A DNA stretch of 64,000 nucleotides from an uncultured Prochlorococcus sp. GTDB lineage: Bacteria > Cyanobacteriota > Cyanobacteriia > PCC-6307 > Cyanobiaceae. The translations under genes and the position numbers were made by a program. This document shows positions 11,301 through 20,474 of the stretch, piece by piece. Within the stretch, counting starts at the first letter, position 1; each line of letters begins with the position of its first letter. The stretch covers positions 117-64,116 of the forward strand of contig CACIYC010000003.1 in assembly GCA_902590775.1 (NCBI GenBank), written 5' to 3'. The notes beneath the pieces were generated by a model. The model did not search any database. It was not told the DNA's origin and saw only the letters and a list, made by a program, of their open reading frames with translations.

Positions 11301-12339
11301 CAGAAAATCCTTTTTCATTTACAGCAAGAGGCAAAGAAGCTTTTAAATTCAATGGAGAATTAATTTGATCATTTGAATGAATAGACGAATGAAGATCAAG
11401 CTCATACGTGGATAATTTTTTTAAAGGCATAGATAAACTAAGATCAGCATTCCATGAACCATACTCAAAACGGCTCTGAGGAATCTCAAGAAAGCCATTA
11501 CTACATTTAATAGACGTATTTTTAGAATATAGCTTTAATTTGTTAGACGAAATTGGTTTCAAGGTAAGATTACTAAGGCTGAGATCTCCTTTACAACTGA
11601 TATTCGAAGGTTTTATGCTCACCTTCATTCTTCCATTAATTTTCCCGCCATCAATTATTTTTAAATTTTTAGCACCTATGACATGAAGATTCTCAAGACC
11701 CAAATTCTTCACACTTAATTTTCCATTAAAATTAAATCGATCAAAATATCCCGAACCATTTAAGGCAAAAGATCCTTTATCAGGGAACAAAAGAGTTAAA
11801 GCACCACTTATTTTTTGATCAGGAAGCTTAATTAAAATTGTAGATTTAGTTTGTATCTCCTCAGTCTGTGAATCAACGAAAATAGTCGAACCTTTATCTA
11901 ATTTAATTTTCAAATCAAGCCTTGGAGCTTCTCCACCTTTAGATTTACCAAACACCCAATATGTACCATTTTCATTGGAATTTAGAATTAATTGTGATTT
12001 CGTAGGACTAAGAACCAATACTGGTCTCCAATTAAAAAAGCTAGCAATTGGTGCTATTTGAATTTTTAAGCTAGAGACTGAAAACGAAGAATTATCTAAT
12101 GGGCCTTTTGAAAATCTAGAAGGCCCAATAGCAACTCCCCATGGCCTCAATCCTTTATAAGGACCAAGGGACAGAGGATGTCCAAATTGATTTGACAACG
12201 TTTTTTCTAGTCCTGGTCGAACACTATTGATATAACTTTTTAAAATCTTATCTGAAGAAATATAAACAGACACTCCACCAAAACCTATCAGAGCCCCTAA
12301 AAGACTCAATTTTTTGAGTTTTGTTGGTTGAATCTTCAC
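8350..12339 (-). CDS. tamB: Translocation and assembly module TamB / DUF490 family protein (TIC236-like)
   Basis: 1329 aa; N-terminal TM anchor; long amphipathic beta-strand body; C-terminal DUF490-like region (G.VNLFTTTF.L, P.LD) ending QLQLFFRY. Confidence 0.85.
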   Translation of the reverse strand: MKIQPTKLKKLSLLGALIGFGGVSVYISSDKILKSYINSVRPGLEKTLSNQFGHPLSLGPYKGLRPWGVAIGPSRFSKGPLDNSSFSVSSLKIQIAPIASFFNWRPVLVLSPTKSQLILNSNENGTYWVFGKSKGGEAPRLDLKIKLDKGSTIFVDSQTEEIQTKSTILIKLPDQKISGALTLLFPDKGSFALNGSGYFDRFNFNGKLSVKNLGLENLHVIGAKNLKIIDGGKINGRMKVSIKPSNISCKGDLSLSNLTLKPISSNKLKLYSKNTSIKCSNGFLEIPQSRFEYGSWNADLSLSMPLKKLSTYELDLHSSIHSNDQINSPLNLKASLPLAVNEKGFSVGELNGKVDLNDFSLSSLNSLIGIPLSGSLSTNGSISGSIASLRSDLKIELDNPQISAVRLQEKWKGNFMGSLTGGGELSMASVVPDASGKVDAKFAKDWSLRTLTLERYGGFIYLDRIPNGYSWNADEFRLDRLEVAVPPEKRFKRVMGKVIGEGSLRLDPFFVDGQLTTKSYRWLGIALKKWQLKGSYSENMYSVAAEIIPHSKGKILINAKGRLGGRVVAKAEAKGLSPRWLVDTGLKISEFNLFPKLAFGQASDLNRFLITPKTSLENQIITLEKSLRSLNDIYLQERNKKFIDPAMLKGSIDAIANLEGSKISDLKLDLEASGKVWVKGDNRNKSDITPFMATFRSLSLTENGEFSILNLPFSMLSLFFSTPSSLSGMFGMTGRYNFKRTSPELNAELVLKDAKIVDKEFVLEKGNIFIANSTLTTDIFLRESTSSESITISGDIPLAKEIPFDLKIESNGDALSFLDGLTNDLISWRSGNIDLKILVRGTLNQTVSNGFVVIRDGNFVLNNMLIRNLTSKIFFDFNRFEVQNFEARIGRKGTFKAQGAMSLFREVIDSKEQLSIVMKEIELNQQNIVAKLSSDLQIKGSLFKPLIGGEITIEQGAISTKRSRSKRKNLINVDDNFSSRPSRVAYSNFPEQNWDYQRVDAEPIILFLQDQESSASKIFNSSIPKGLSYIGFNSLNLYLGPELRVESLPFASFTASGKLILDGLLNENLDLTGLIRLEKGRVNLFTTTFDLDRKYKNTATFIPSMGLVPFLDIKLITRVPDVVQDPNQLESSNDFVMNSSSSVGIGGSRFVKIELIATGLADRISETYELTSTPALPKSQLFDLIGGNSLTMLMSGGQGEVLMGLLNRSFLSPALSKLSDAFSEKLHLSFYPAFVSNKLTNDDDDESNNSNLTTDEGDSEDLSPQQAWIAEVGMDLSDKINFSIQTTPNRNDIPPHGTVTYQLHPSVGVLGSFDQDGNWQSQLQLFFRY

Positions 12340-12410
12340 TCCTTTAAAACTTTCTATGTCTTTTAGAGAGCAGACGAACTATAAGAAGGGAATGTATTGT
12401 TAACCAGTCA

Positions 12411-13010
12411 ATGTCAATTTCAGAATTCTTACAAGAAGCTATCTCTTGGTTAGCTTGGTCAGGGCTTGGGCTTGGATTAATAACTATAATCGCATTTTTG
12501 ATTGGATGGGGAGCAAGGTTTAGACTAGTTGGGGCAACGGTTTTCACTCTTTTATTATCAGGTAGCTGTTGGGCATTTAAAGAAAGTTATTCTCCTCCAA
12601 TAGGAGTAGAAGGAGCTTTATATGTACCAGTTGTTTATGACAACGGGGCAGATCTTGTAGTGGCGCAAGCCCCAGAAGATTTCCCTAACGAAGCTATTCA
12701 ACCTTCTCTTGAACAAATTGCAAGAAATTTAAAAGGAGGTGGAAGAAATGAAGAAAATGTTCATGTTCGTATTCGAAAAATTGAATCCACAGGACCTGGT
12801 GTTAGTCAACCTATAATTCTTGGGGAAGTTATTAAAAATAATTTTAATAACAAAATAATTCCAATTTCTATTGAAGCATTCCAAAAAAACGAACTCAATA
12901 ATGAGCCAGATGACTCACAATCAATGGAAGTTAATGATCTTGAGGATGAGTCACTAAACATAGAAAAAGAGTCCCAAACTAAAGCTCTAATAGAAAATAT
13001 AGAGTCTTAG
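12411..13010 (+). CDS. ycf51: Ycf51 family (DUF2518) membrane protein
   Basis: Two TM helices with WG.RFRLVG.T.F, then VVYDNGADLVVA and VRIR; acidic C-terminal tail. Confidence 0.8.
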   Translation: MSISEFLQEAISWLAWSGLGLGLITIIAFLIGWGARFRLVGATVFTLLLSGSCWAFKESYSPPIGVEGALYVPVVYDNGADLVVAQAPEDFPNEAIQPSLEQIARNLKGGGRNEENVHVRIRKIESTGPGVSQPIILGEVIKNNFNNKIIPISIEAFQKNELNNEPDDSQSMEVNDLEDESLNIEKESQTKALIENIES

Positions 13011-13221
13011 ACTTAGGACATATTTTACTTATTAAATCAAAATAAAAATGCATTAGATGCTTACTTAAGTATTTAAATATTTAAAACCATATCCTAAAAG
13101 AATTGTAAAAACTTTAATCTAATCTTAAATACAAGGGAGGAGGCAATATTTTAACTGACATAACACCTCAACTTATATAGTGATTTCAAGTCTGAAATAA
13201 AGAAAACCTTACAAATATAAA

Positions 13222-13488
13222 ATGACCTATTTAAGCGCAATATTAATTGCCTACCTTGCCTCTACATCAATAGCTTATGGGCAGTCAAACCTTCTCGAGA
13301 GCGTCAAAAAGAACCCTGATGAAGCAAAAGCACTATGCAATAAATTCAAAAAGCAAAATCAAAAGGGGATATCTTATAGATCCAAAAAAGTTATCGACGA
13401 TATTAGTCGTGAAAGGAATCTAAGCTTCACAGATGCAGAAATCCTGTCTGTATATGTAATTGGAATGTATTGCCCAGAAATCAAATGA
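13222..13488 (+). CDS. Small secreted conserved picocyanobacterial protein with two Cys
   Basis: Signal peptide (AYG|QS), LLE.VK.NP.EA.ALC and DAEILSVYVIGMYCP. Confidence 0.75.
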   Translation: MTYLSAILIAYLASTSIAYGQSNLLESVKKNPDEAKALCNKFKKQNQKGISYRSKKVIDDISRERNLSFTDAEILSVYVIGMYCPEIK

Positions 13489-13500
13489 CTTGAAAGAAAA

Positions 13501-15081
13501 ATGAAATCAGTGAAATATCAGGATAATACTTTAATTCTTAAAGATGGAACAAAGCTTCATTCCAAGCATTGGATGCCCCATGGAAATGGCCCATGGCCTG
13601 CATTGTTAATGAGACAACCATACGGGAAAGAACTTGGCTCAACCGTTACATATGCTCATCCTTCATGGTGGGCAAGTCAAGGATATCTAGTAATAATTCA
13701 AGATGTTCGTGGTCAAGGAAGTTCAGAAGGAGAATTCAAAGGATTTGAACAAGAGTCATCTGATACGACCCATACTCACAAATGGGTAAGGTCCTTACCA
13801 GAATGCAATGGACTTTTAGGTACTTTTGGTTTTTCCTATCAAGGTTTTACCCAATTAATTGGGGAGCCTGGATCAAGCCCCCCAGACTGCCTCGCTCCAG
13901 CGATGACAGGGATTAATGAAGGGAACCATTGGAGCAGCGAAGGAGGAGCGTTTTGGTGGCATATAGGCATATCCTGGGGGCTTCAATTGGCTGCTCAAAA
14001 ACTCCAGAGAGAAAAAAATTTGAATGGATGGCAACAAATCCGTGAAAGCCTAGAAACACAAAATTATCTAACAAATGGGCTCAACCTATTACAAAAATTT
14101 GATTCTCAAGGTATGGCCTACAAATGGCTAAAGAATTCTGAAAGCACCCAAAAAGAATGGAAAAGTCATGATCCATTACAAACATGGCTTAAACAACCAA
14201 TGCTTCTTATAGGGGGTTGGTGGGACCCTCACCTAAATGGAATCCTTGAAATTCATCAAAAATCTATTGAAGCAGGAGGTTGTCCAGAATTACATATAGG
14301 ACCAGCTACTCATCTTCAATGGTGGGAAGAAACAAATCAAATACAATTAGATTTTTTCAATCGATTTCTTAAAAGGAGTACTTCAACAAAATTTCAATCA
14401 ACAAAAAAACTTTGGAATCTAACAAGTAATACATGGGAAGATTCAAATCTATCTAAAAGAACGCTTAAGGAACAAAATTGGAGTCTATCAAGCACTGGCC
14501 TTGCCTGTGCAAACTCAAATGATGGAAAGCTTGCACCTGGATCTATAGGAGAAGGCTTCTTAAATATTGTTCATGATCCTTGGCGGCCTGTACCAGCAAT
14601 AGGAGGACACTTAAGTCCTTGTCCTGGAGAAGCTGAAAGATCATTTATAGATAAAAGGGGAGACGTAGCAACCTTTACAAGTGATCCTTTTGAGAAAGAA
14701 CAGATTCTTGAAAGCATTCCAACTCTCTCACTAAATGCAAAATCTGATAAAACTGGATTTGATCTATGCATTGTACTCTCGATTATCTACAAAGACCAAT
14801 GCCAAGTTCATCAACTTTCAACCGGAGTATTACGAGTCTTAGGCAAAGATTCTAATATTCTTTTAAAAAGAGAGATATCTCTTCAACCTTTTTTAGCCAA
14901 AATTTATGAGGGGTCTCGAATTCGTTTGTCAATTTCGGGAGCATTCTGGCCAGCAATTGCTATTAACCCTGGAACATACAAAAGTCCTTGTATTTTCCCT
15001 AACCCAAATTGCTCAATAACAACAATTTTTCTTGATCTTTCGCAATCCACTCTCAAATTAGATCCTATTTTTAAAAAATAA
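13501..15081 (+). CDS. CocE/NonD family acyl esterase / X-Pro peptidase-like hydrolase
   Basis: LMRQPYG, QDVRGQGSSEG, GFSYQG nucleophile, GGWWD, IGPATH; C-terminal PepX_C-like domain. Confidence 0.9.
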   Translation: MKSVKYQDNTLILKDGTKLHSKHWMPHGNGPWPALLMRQPYGKELGSTVTYAHPSWWASQGYLVIIQDVRGQGSSEGEFKGFEQESSDTTHTHKWVRSLPECNGLLGTFGFSYQGFTQLIGEPGSSPPDCLAPAMTGINEGNHWSSEGGAFWWHIGISWGLQLAAQKLQREKNLNGWQQIRESLETQNYLTNGLNLLQKFDSQGMAYKWLKNSESTQKEWKSHDPLQTWLKQPMLLIGGWWDPHLNGILEIHQKSIEAGGCPELHIGPATHLQWWEETNQIQLDFFNRFLKRSTSTKFQSTKKLWNLTSNTWEDSNLSKRTLKEQNWSLSSTGLACANSNDGKLAPGSIGEGFLNIVHDPWRPVPAIGGHLSPCPGEAERSFIDKRGDVATFTSDPFEKEQILESIPTLSLNAKSDKTGFDLCIVLSIIYKDQCQVHQLSTGVLRVLGKDSNILLKREISLQPFLAKIYEGSRIRLSISGAFWPAIAINPGTYKSPCIFPNPNCSITTIFLDLSQSTLKLDPIFKK

Positions 15082-15140
15082 GTTCCCAATACTCCCTTTA
15101 ATCAGATAAGCTCGTTTTTCAATTCTCTACCTCTAAAGTT

Positions 15141-17417
15141 ATGGCCCCCAGCATTCTTATGGACTGGACGGCAACCGAAGGGCAAAGTTTAGCTAATTGT
15201 AAAAATGATAATCCTTTAGGTGTTCTTGGCCCACAGCCCATTGATAACAAATGGATTTTAAGAATATGGATACCAGAAGCTGAAGAAGTAGATCTCGTGC
15301 TACAAGATTGCAAAATAACATTAACTAATCCAAATCATCCTTGGATTTTTGAAACACTATTAGATAAAAATCCTGGAAATAATTACAACCTAAATATCAA
15401 AAGGGCTGGAATTTCTCATACTCAAAGAGATCCATGGTCCTTTAGAGAAGAATGGATGGGAGATATAGATAAGCATTTATTTGCTGAAGGAAATCACCAT
15501 CATATTTGGCGCAAGATGGGCGCTCATATAACATCAATAGATGGAATTAAAGGAGTCATGTTTTGCTTATGGGCTCCTAATGCTAGAAGTGTTTCAATAA
15601 TAGGAGATTTAAATTCATGGGATGGAAGACATCATCCTATGCAGAAAAGATTAGGTGGAATTTGGGAACTATTTATTCCAGATTTACAAAAAGGAAGCTT
15701 ATACAAATATGAAATACGAACAGAAGAAGGGCATTGTTATCAAAAAGCAGATCCTTATGGTTTTCAACATGAAGTTAGACCTGATAAAAGCTCAATAATT
15801 GGTTCACTTGATAATTACAAGTGGCATGATGAAAGCTGGATAAAAAATAGAGACAAAAATGATCAACTAAATAAACCAATTTCAGTATATGAAATGCATC
15901 TAGGCAGTTGGATGCATGAGTCAAATGATAATCCATTTATTGATGAAGATGGTTCAGTAAGACCCTCAGTGCCTGCTGCTGATTTAAAACCTGAGACAAG
16001 ATTACTAACTTATCCTGAACTTACAGAAAGAGTTATTCCATATGTAAAAGCTAGGGGATTTACTCATATTGAGTTAATGCCCATCTCAGAACATCCATTC
16101 GATGGCTCTTGGGGATATCAAGTCACAGGCTGGTATGCACCTACAAGTAGATACGGCACTCCAGATGAATTCAAAGCTTTTGTAGATAAATGTCATGATG
16201 AAGGGATTGGAGTAATTCTTGATTGGGTCCCAGGACATTTTCCTAAGGATGAACATGGATTAGCTTTTTTTGACGGTACGCATCTTTATGAACATTCAGA
16301 TCCGCGAATTGGCGAGCACAAAGAATGGGGAACATTGATTTTCAATTACAGCAGGAATGAAGTTCGCAATTTCTTAGTCGCAAATTTAGTCTTTTGGTTC
16401 GAACAATTTCATATAGATGGCATAAGAGTTGATGCAGTTGCTTCGATGCTATACAAAGATTACTTAAGACCCGAAGGAGAATGGATACCTAATGAAGATG
16501 GAAGTAATCAAAATTATGAGGCCGTTCATTTTCTCCAACAAGCAAATCACGTACTTTTTCAACATTTTCCTGGTGCTCTATCTATCGCGGAAGAATCAAC
16601 AACATGGTCAGGCGTAACCAAACCAACAGATATGGGGGGGCTTGGGTTCAATCTCAAATGGAATATGGGATGGATGCACGACATGCTCGACTACTTTGAA
16701 ATTGATCCTTGGTTCAGACAATTCCATCAAAATAATGTAACTTTTTCAATTTGTTATAACTACACTGAAAATTTCATGCTCTCTCTTAGTCATGATGAAG
16801 TAGTTCATGGGAAAAGTCATCTGCTACATAAAATGCCTGGAGATGATTGGAAAAAATATGCAAATACAAGAGCTTTACTTGCTTATATGTGGACACATCC
16901 AGGCAAAAAAACAATATTTATGGGAATGGAATTTGGCCAAAGACAAGAATGGAATGTATGGGATGATCTTCAATGGGAACTATTAGAATATGAACCTCAC
17001 AAAGGTATTCAGAGATTAATTGATGATCTAAATTCTCTTTATAAAAGAGAACCAGCTTTGTGGAGAGACGACTTCAGTGAATATGGTTTCCAATGGATTG
17101 ACTGTAAAGACAATTCCAATTCAGTTATTAGCTTTATGCGTAGAGAAAAAGAAACTGGTGAATGGCTTGTAGTCATTACAAACTTTACACCCGAATCACA
17201 TCCAAGTTATAGAATTGGTATTCCAGTTGAAGGTTTTTATGATGAAATCTTCAATACAGATTCTGATAAATATGGAGGATCAAATAAAGGTAATCTTGGT
17301 GGCAAATATTCAGAGAAATGGAATATACATGATTATGAAAATTCTCTGGAACTCTCTCTACCACCTTTAAGTGTTCTAGTTTTTAAGCATAATGAAAGCA
17401 AATCATTAAGAGAATGA
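15141..17417 (+). CDS. glgB: 1,4-alpha-glucan branching enzyme (GH13)
   Basis: [43 protein letters not shown]. Confidence 0.97.
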   Translation: MAPSILMDWTATEGQSLANCKNDNPLGVLGPQPIDNKWILRIWIPEAEEVDLVLQDCKITLTNPNHPWIFETLLDKNPGNNYNLNIKRAGISHTQRDPWSFREEWMGDIDKHLFAEGNHHHIWRKMGAHITSIDGIKGVMFCLWAPNARSVSIIGDLNSWDGRHHPMQKRLGGIWELFIPDLQKGSLYKYEIRTEEGHCYQKADPYGFQHEVRPDKSSIIGSLDNYKWHDESWIKNRDKNDQLNKPISVYEMHLGSWMHESNDNPFIDEDGSVRPSVPAADLKPETRLLTYPELTERVIPYVKARGFTHIELMPISEHPFDGSWGYQVTGWYAPTSRYGTPDEFKAFVDKCHDEGIGVILDWVPGHFPKDEHGLAFFDGTHLYEHSDPRIGEHKEWGTLIFNYSRNEVRNFLVANLVFWFEQFHIDGIRVDAVASMLYKDYLRPEGEWIPNEDGSNQNYEAVHFLQQANHVLFQHFPGALSIAEESTTWSGVTKPTDMGGLGFNLKWNMGWMHDMLDYFEIDPWFRQFHQNNVTFSICYNYTENFMLSLSHDEVVHGKSHLLHKMPGDDWKKYANTRALLAYMWTHPGKKTIFMGMEFGQRQEWNVWDDLQWELLEYEPHKGIQRLIDDLNSLYKREPALWRDDFSEYGFQWIDCKDNSNSVISFMRREKETGEWLVVITNFTPESHPSYRIGIPVEGFYDEIFNTDSDKYGGSNKGNLGGKYSEKWNIHDYENSLELSLPPLSVLVFKHNESKSLRE

Positions 17418-17478
17418 ATTGCAACAAAATCAAATTGATTTTTAAGAATGTTTAATTTCAAATGAGAAAGTACAAAAA

Positions 17479-17531
17479 TCCAAAAAGGTGTAAAGAAGAT
17501 GTCCTCTAATGGGCTTTTTTACACTTTTGGA
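17479..17531 (+). other. Long imperfect hairpin in the glgB-hemE spacer
   Basis: TCCAAAAAGGTGTAAAGAA pairs with TTTTTTACACTTTTGGA around an inner GTCC-tctaat-GGGC stem-loop. Confidence 0.5.
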
Positions 17532-17572
17532 CTTCATGCTCAAGTAGGTTTTTATACTAAAGCGCATAGAGA

Positions 17573-18628
17573 ATGACTGAATCTATCCCACTTTTGCTCC
17601 GTGCTGCCCGGGGTGAATCAGTAAACCGGCCTCCCGTTTGGATGATGCGACAGGCTGGTAGGTATATGAAAGTTTATAGGGATCTAAGAGAGAAATACCC
17701 AAGTTTTCGAGAGAGATCAGAAAACCCCGATTTGTCATACGAAATATCAATGCAACCTTTTAGGGAATTTAAACCTGATGGGGTAATTCTCTTTTCAGAC
17801 ATATTAACCCCTTTACCTGGAATGGGAATTGACTTTGACATAGTCGAAAGCAAAGGACCTCTAATAAATGAGCCTATACGCAGTTTGCAGCAGATAGATA
17901 ATCTAAGATTTCTTGAACCTTCAAAATCACTTCCATTTGTAGGTGAAGTATTGAGCAGGTTGAGAGAAAGTGTAGGCAATGAAGCAGCTGTTTTGGGTTT
18001 TGTAGGAGCACCTTGGACACTTGCTGCATATGTAGTTGAAGGGAAAAGCAGCAAAAACTACTCAATAATTAAAGCAATGGCATTTAAAGAACCAGAAATA
18101 TTGCACAAGCTTTTGAATCATTTTGCCGAATCTATAGCTACATACTTGAAATATCAAATTGATTCAGGTGCACAAGTTGTTCAAATGTTTGACTCTTGGG
18201 CAGGTCAACTAAGCCCAATTGATTACGACACTTTTGCCGCTCCCTACCAAAAGAAGGTTGTTGAAATTGTCAAAGAAACACATCCTCATGCACCAATGAT
18301 TCTATATATCTCAGGGAGTGCAGGGGTTATTGAAAGAATGGCCGCCACAGGGGTTGACATAGTCTCCCTTGATTGGACAGTAGACATGGCTGAAGGCTGT
18401 GCTCGTTTACCTGATCACCTAGGTATTCAAGGCAATGTTGACCCAGGACTTCTATTTGGATCACCAAAAATAATTAGAGAAAGAATTGTAGATACAGTGT
18501 TAAAAGCAAAAGGAAGGAAACATATTCTTAATCTTGGTCATGGAATACTCCCAGGGACTCCAGAAGAAAACGCAAGAACATTCTTTGAAACTGGTAAAAA
18601 CGTAAATGAATTGATCTCAAAAGCTTGA
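17573..18628 (+). CDS. hemE: Uroporphyrinogen decarboxylase
   Basis: [32 protein letters not shown]. Confidence 0.97.
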   Translation: MTESIPLLLRAARGESVNRPPVWMMRQAGRYMKVYRDLREKYPSFRERSENPDLSYEISMQPFREFKPDGVILFSDILTPLPGMGIDFDIVESKGPLINEPIRSLQQIDNLRFLEPSKSLPFVGEVLSRLRESVGNEAAVLGFVGAPWTLAAYVVEGKSSKNYSIIKAMAFKEPEILHKLLNHFAESIATYLKYQIDSGAQVVQMFDSWAGQLSPIDYDTFAAPYQKKVVEIVKETHPHAPMILYISGSAGVIERMAATGVDIVSLDWTVDMAEGCARLPDHLGIQGNVDPGLLFGSPKIIRERIVDTVLKAKGRKHILNLGHGILPGTPEENARTFFETGKNVNELISKA

Positions 18629-19623
18629 AAGAAGCTCGAATCCTTATCACTGGAGCCACTGGATGTGTAGGCCAATACACTAGTAAATGGCTATTAAATA
18701 ATACTCAAGCAGATTTACTGTTATGGGTTAGAGACCCCAAGAAGCTAACATCAATAAATCTCAAGAATCCAAGGGTAAAACTATTAGTAGGTGATATTAG
18801 GAACCCAGAATTATTTGCAAAAGATCTAACTACAACCACTCATGTAATTCATACAGCTACAGCCTGGGGTGATCTAGAAAGAACACAACAAGTAAATATT
18901 TTAGCTGTGAAGAAGATCCTTTCATTCCTTAACCCACTTATTCTTCAAAAATTCATCTACTTTTCTACTGCAAGTATTCTAAATAAACAACTACAACTTC
19001 TTCCTCAAACAATTAAGTATGGAACTGAATATATCCAAACTAAAGCAAAATGCCTGAAAGAGCTTGAAATGCATAGTTTGTCAGAAAAGATAATTGCTGT
19101 TTTTCCAACACTTGTTTTTGGAGGGAAATACGACAATTCAGGTATATTTCCATCAAGCTATTTAACTCAAGGGCTAAAAGAAGCTGTTAATTGGCTTTGG
19201 CTTGCAAGATGGTTTAAGGGGTATTCAAAATTTCATTTTATCCATGCAGAAGACATAGCTTTTATCTGTGGTCATCTATTAACAAAATACGACTTAGAAG
19301 AATCTAATAATGATAATAAAAGAATAACTAAAATAGTACTTGGGCAACCATCATTATCTATAGATCAAGCTATCAATATTTTATTAAGATGGAAAGGAAT
19401 GAGAAGGTTTTGCTCTATTCCTCTATGGAGATGGCTAATTGAGAGTTTAATCAATATATTACCTATCAAAATCTCCTCATGGGATAGGTTGATTATTAAG
19501 CAACGCCATTTCATTCATGATCCTGTAAAAGCTCCAGAAGACTTTGGAGGAACAAGTTTTGCTAAAACTCTTCATGAAATACTTTTCCATTCAGGGTTGC
19601 CAAAAAGTAAAAATTCGTTCTAA
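18625..19623 (+). CDS. NAD(P)-dependent epimerase/dehydratase (extended SDR)
   Basis: ITGATGCVG Rossmann motif and YIQTK (YxxxK); TTG start overlaps the hemE stop. Confidence 0.85.
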   Translation: MKEARILITGATGCVGQYTSKWLLNNTQADLLLWVRDPKKLTSINLKNPRVKLLVGDIRNPELFAKDLTTTTHVIHTATAWGDLERTQQVNILAVKKILSFLNPLILQKFIYFSTASILNKQLQLLPQTIKYGTEYIQTKAKCLKELEMHSLSEKIIAVFPTLVFGGKYDNSGIFPSSYLTQGLKEAVNWLWLARWFKGYSKFHFIHAEDIAFICGHLLTKYDLEESNNDNKRITKIVLGQPSLSIDQAINILLRWKGMRRFCSIPLWRWLIESLINILPIKISSWDRLIIKQRHFIHDPVKAPEDFGGTSFAKTLHEILFHSGLPKSKNSF

Positions 19624-19655
19624 CAGGTAATATACTTATAGAAATTAAAGAACAA

Positions 19656-20015
19656 ATGATTCAAATGCTTCGCAACTTAATTACTGCAAGCTTTGCTTTG
19701 CTCCTTATCCTTGTATTTGGAGTCACATCAGCACAAGCTAAGACCGTTGAAGTCAAGCTAGGTACTGATGCAGGCATGCTTGCCTTCGAACCAAGCTCTG
19801 TAACTATTAGCGCAGGTGATTCCGTAAAATTTGTCAACAACAAGCTTGCACCTCACAATGCAGTCTTTGAAGGTCATGATGAATTAAGCCATCCAGACCT
19901 TGCATTTGCACCAGGAGAATCTTGGACAGAAACTTTCTCAACTGCTGGCAACTATGATTACTACTGTGAACCTCATAGAGGTGCTGGCATGGTTGGCAAA
20001 GTGGTAGTAAATTAA
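19656..20015 (+). CDS. petE: Plastocyanin precursor
   Basis: Signal peptide (AQA|K); type-1 copper ligands PHN and [11 protein letters not shown]. Confidence 0.98.
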   Translation: MIQMLRNLITASFALLLILVFGVTSAQAKTVEVKLGTDAGMLAFEPSSVTISAGDSVKFVNNKLAPHNAVFEGHDELSHPDLAFAPGESWTETFSTAGNYDYYCEPHRGAGMVGKVVVN

Positions 20016-20042
20016 TCACCTAATCCAACAAACAAAATACTT

Positions 20043-20077
20043 AAAAACTGGCGGAAACTCTACCGCCAGTTTTTTTT
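20043..20077 (+). terminator. Rho-independent terminator of petE, potentially bidirectional
   Basis: AAAAACTGGCGG-aaactcta-CCGCCAGTTTTTTTT: GC-rich stem with a T-tract on the plus strand and an A-tract upstream. Confidence 0.85.
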
Positions 20078-20155
20078 ATGTCTTTTTTTTAATCTAGGTA
20101 TAGTTAATGTAATATTTAATATTTTACCTAATGTATAATTAAAACTTGTTAGTTT

Positions 20156-20248
20156 TTAAAACTTAAGCTGAGCATAATACATCATTAAAAAAGCTATTAA
20201 AGGTAAGCAAAATATAGAGAAAATCATTGCAATAGCAGATAAAGTCAA
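20156..20248 (-). CDS. Candidate unannotated 30-aa single-TM peptide
   Basis: Manual translation from TTG: MTLSAIAMIFSIFCLPLIAFLMMYYAQLKF*; points toward the bidirectional terminator. Confidence 0.3.
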   Translation of the reverse strand: MTLSAIAMIFSIFCLPLIAFLMMYYAQLKF

Positions 20249-20361
20249 TATTTATTGCATAAAGATGAGATAACATCTATCAAAGAACATAGAAGCATAA
20301 AGGATTTGTTCAAGAAAAGTGAATTGAATGCTATAAAAAAAATGCTAATTTACTCTGGCTC

Positions 20362-20418
20362 ATGCTGATAACCGAACAACTAGATGTTAACCGTCCTCAA
20401 AATTTCGGGAAACCCACT
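20362..20418. promoter_or_regulatory. Two K-box/Rre1-like motifs upstream of clpB
   Basis: Minus strand GTTCGG-TTAT-CAGCAT (20362-20377) and plus strand TTTCGG-GAAA-CCCACT (20403-20418), compared with K-box GTTCGG-NNAN-CCNNAC. Confidence 0.4.
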
Positions 20419-20474
20419 ACGAAAGAAAGATTAAATAGAGATACTTAAAATAACAATAAGTAAAAGAGAAAGTT

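Noticed and set aside
12344-12547. 67-aa minus-strand ORF upstream of tamB
   Set aside because: It mostly overlaps ycf51 on the opposite strand and has no recognisable features.
16634-16640. G7 run in glgB, plus A/T runs in the lipase and trhO genes, as phase-variation tracts
   Set aside because: The runs are short, in frame, encode ordinary residues (for example MGGLG) and are expected at this base composition.
20163-20276. Alternative 37-aa minus-strand ORF (MLSHLYAINIDF...)
   Set aside because: It has no TM or motif character and overlaps the more protein-like 30-aa frame.
20325-20350. Possible CIRCE element upstream of clpB
   Set aside because: Only a partial right arm (TGCTAA) is present; there is no TTAGCACTC left arm at 9-nt spacing.
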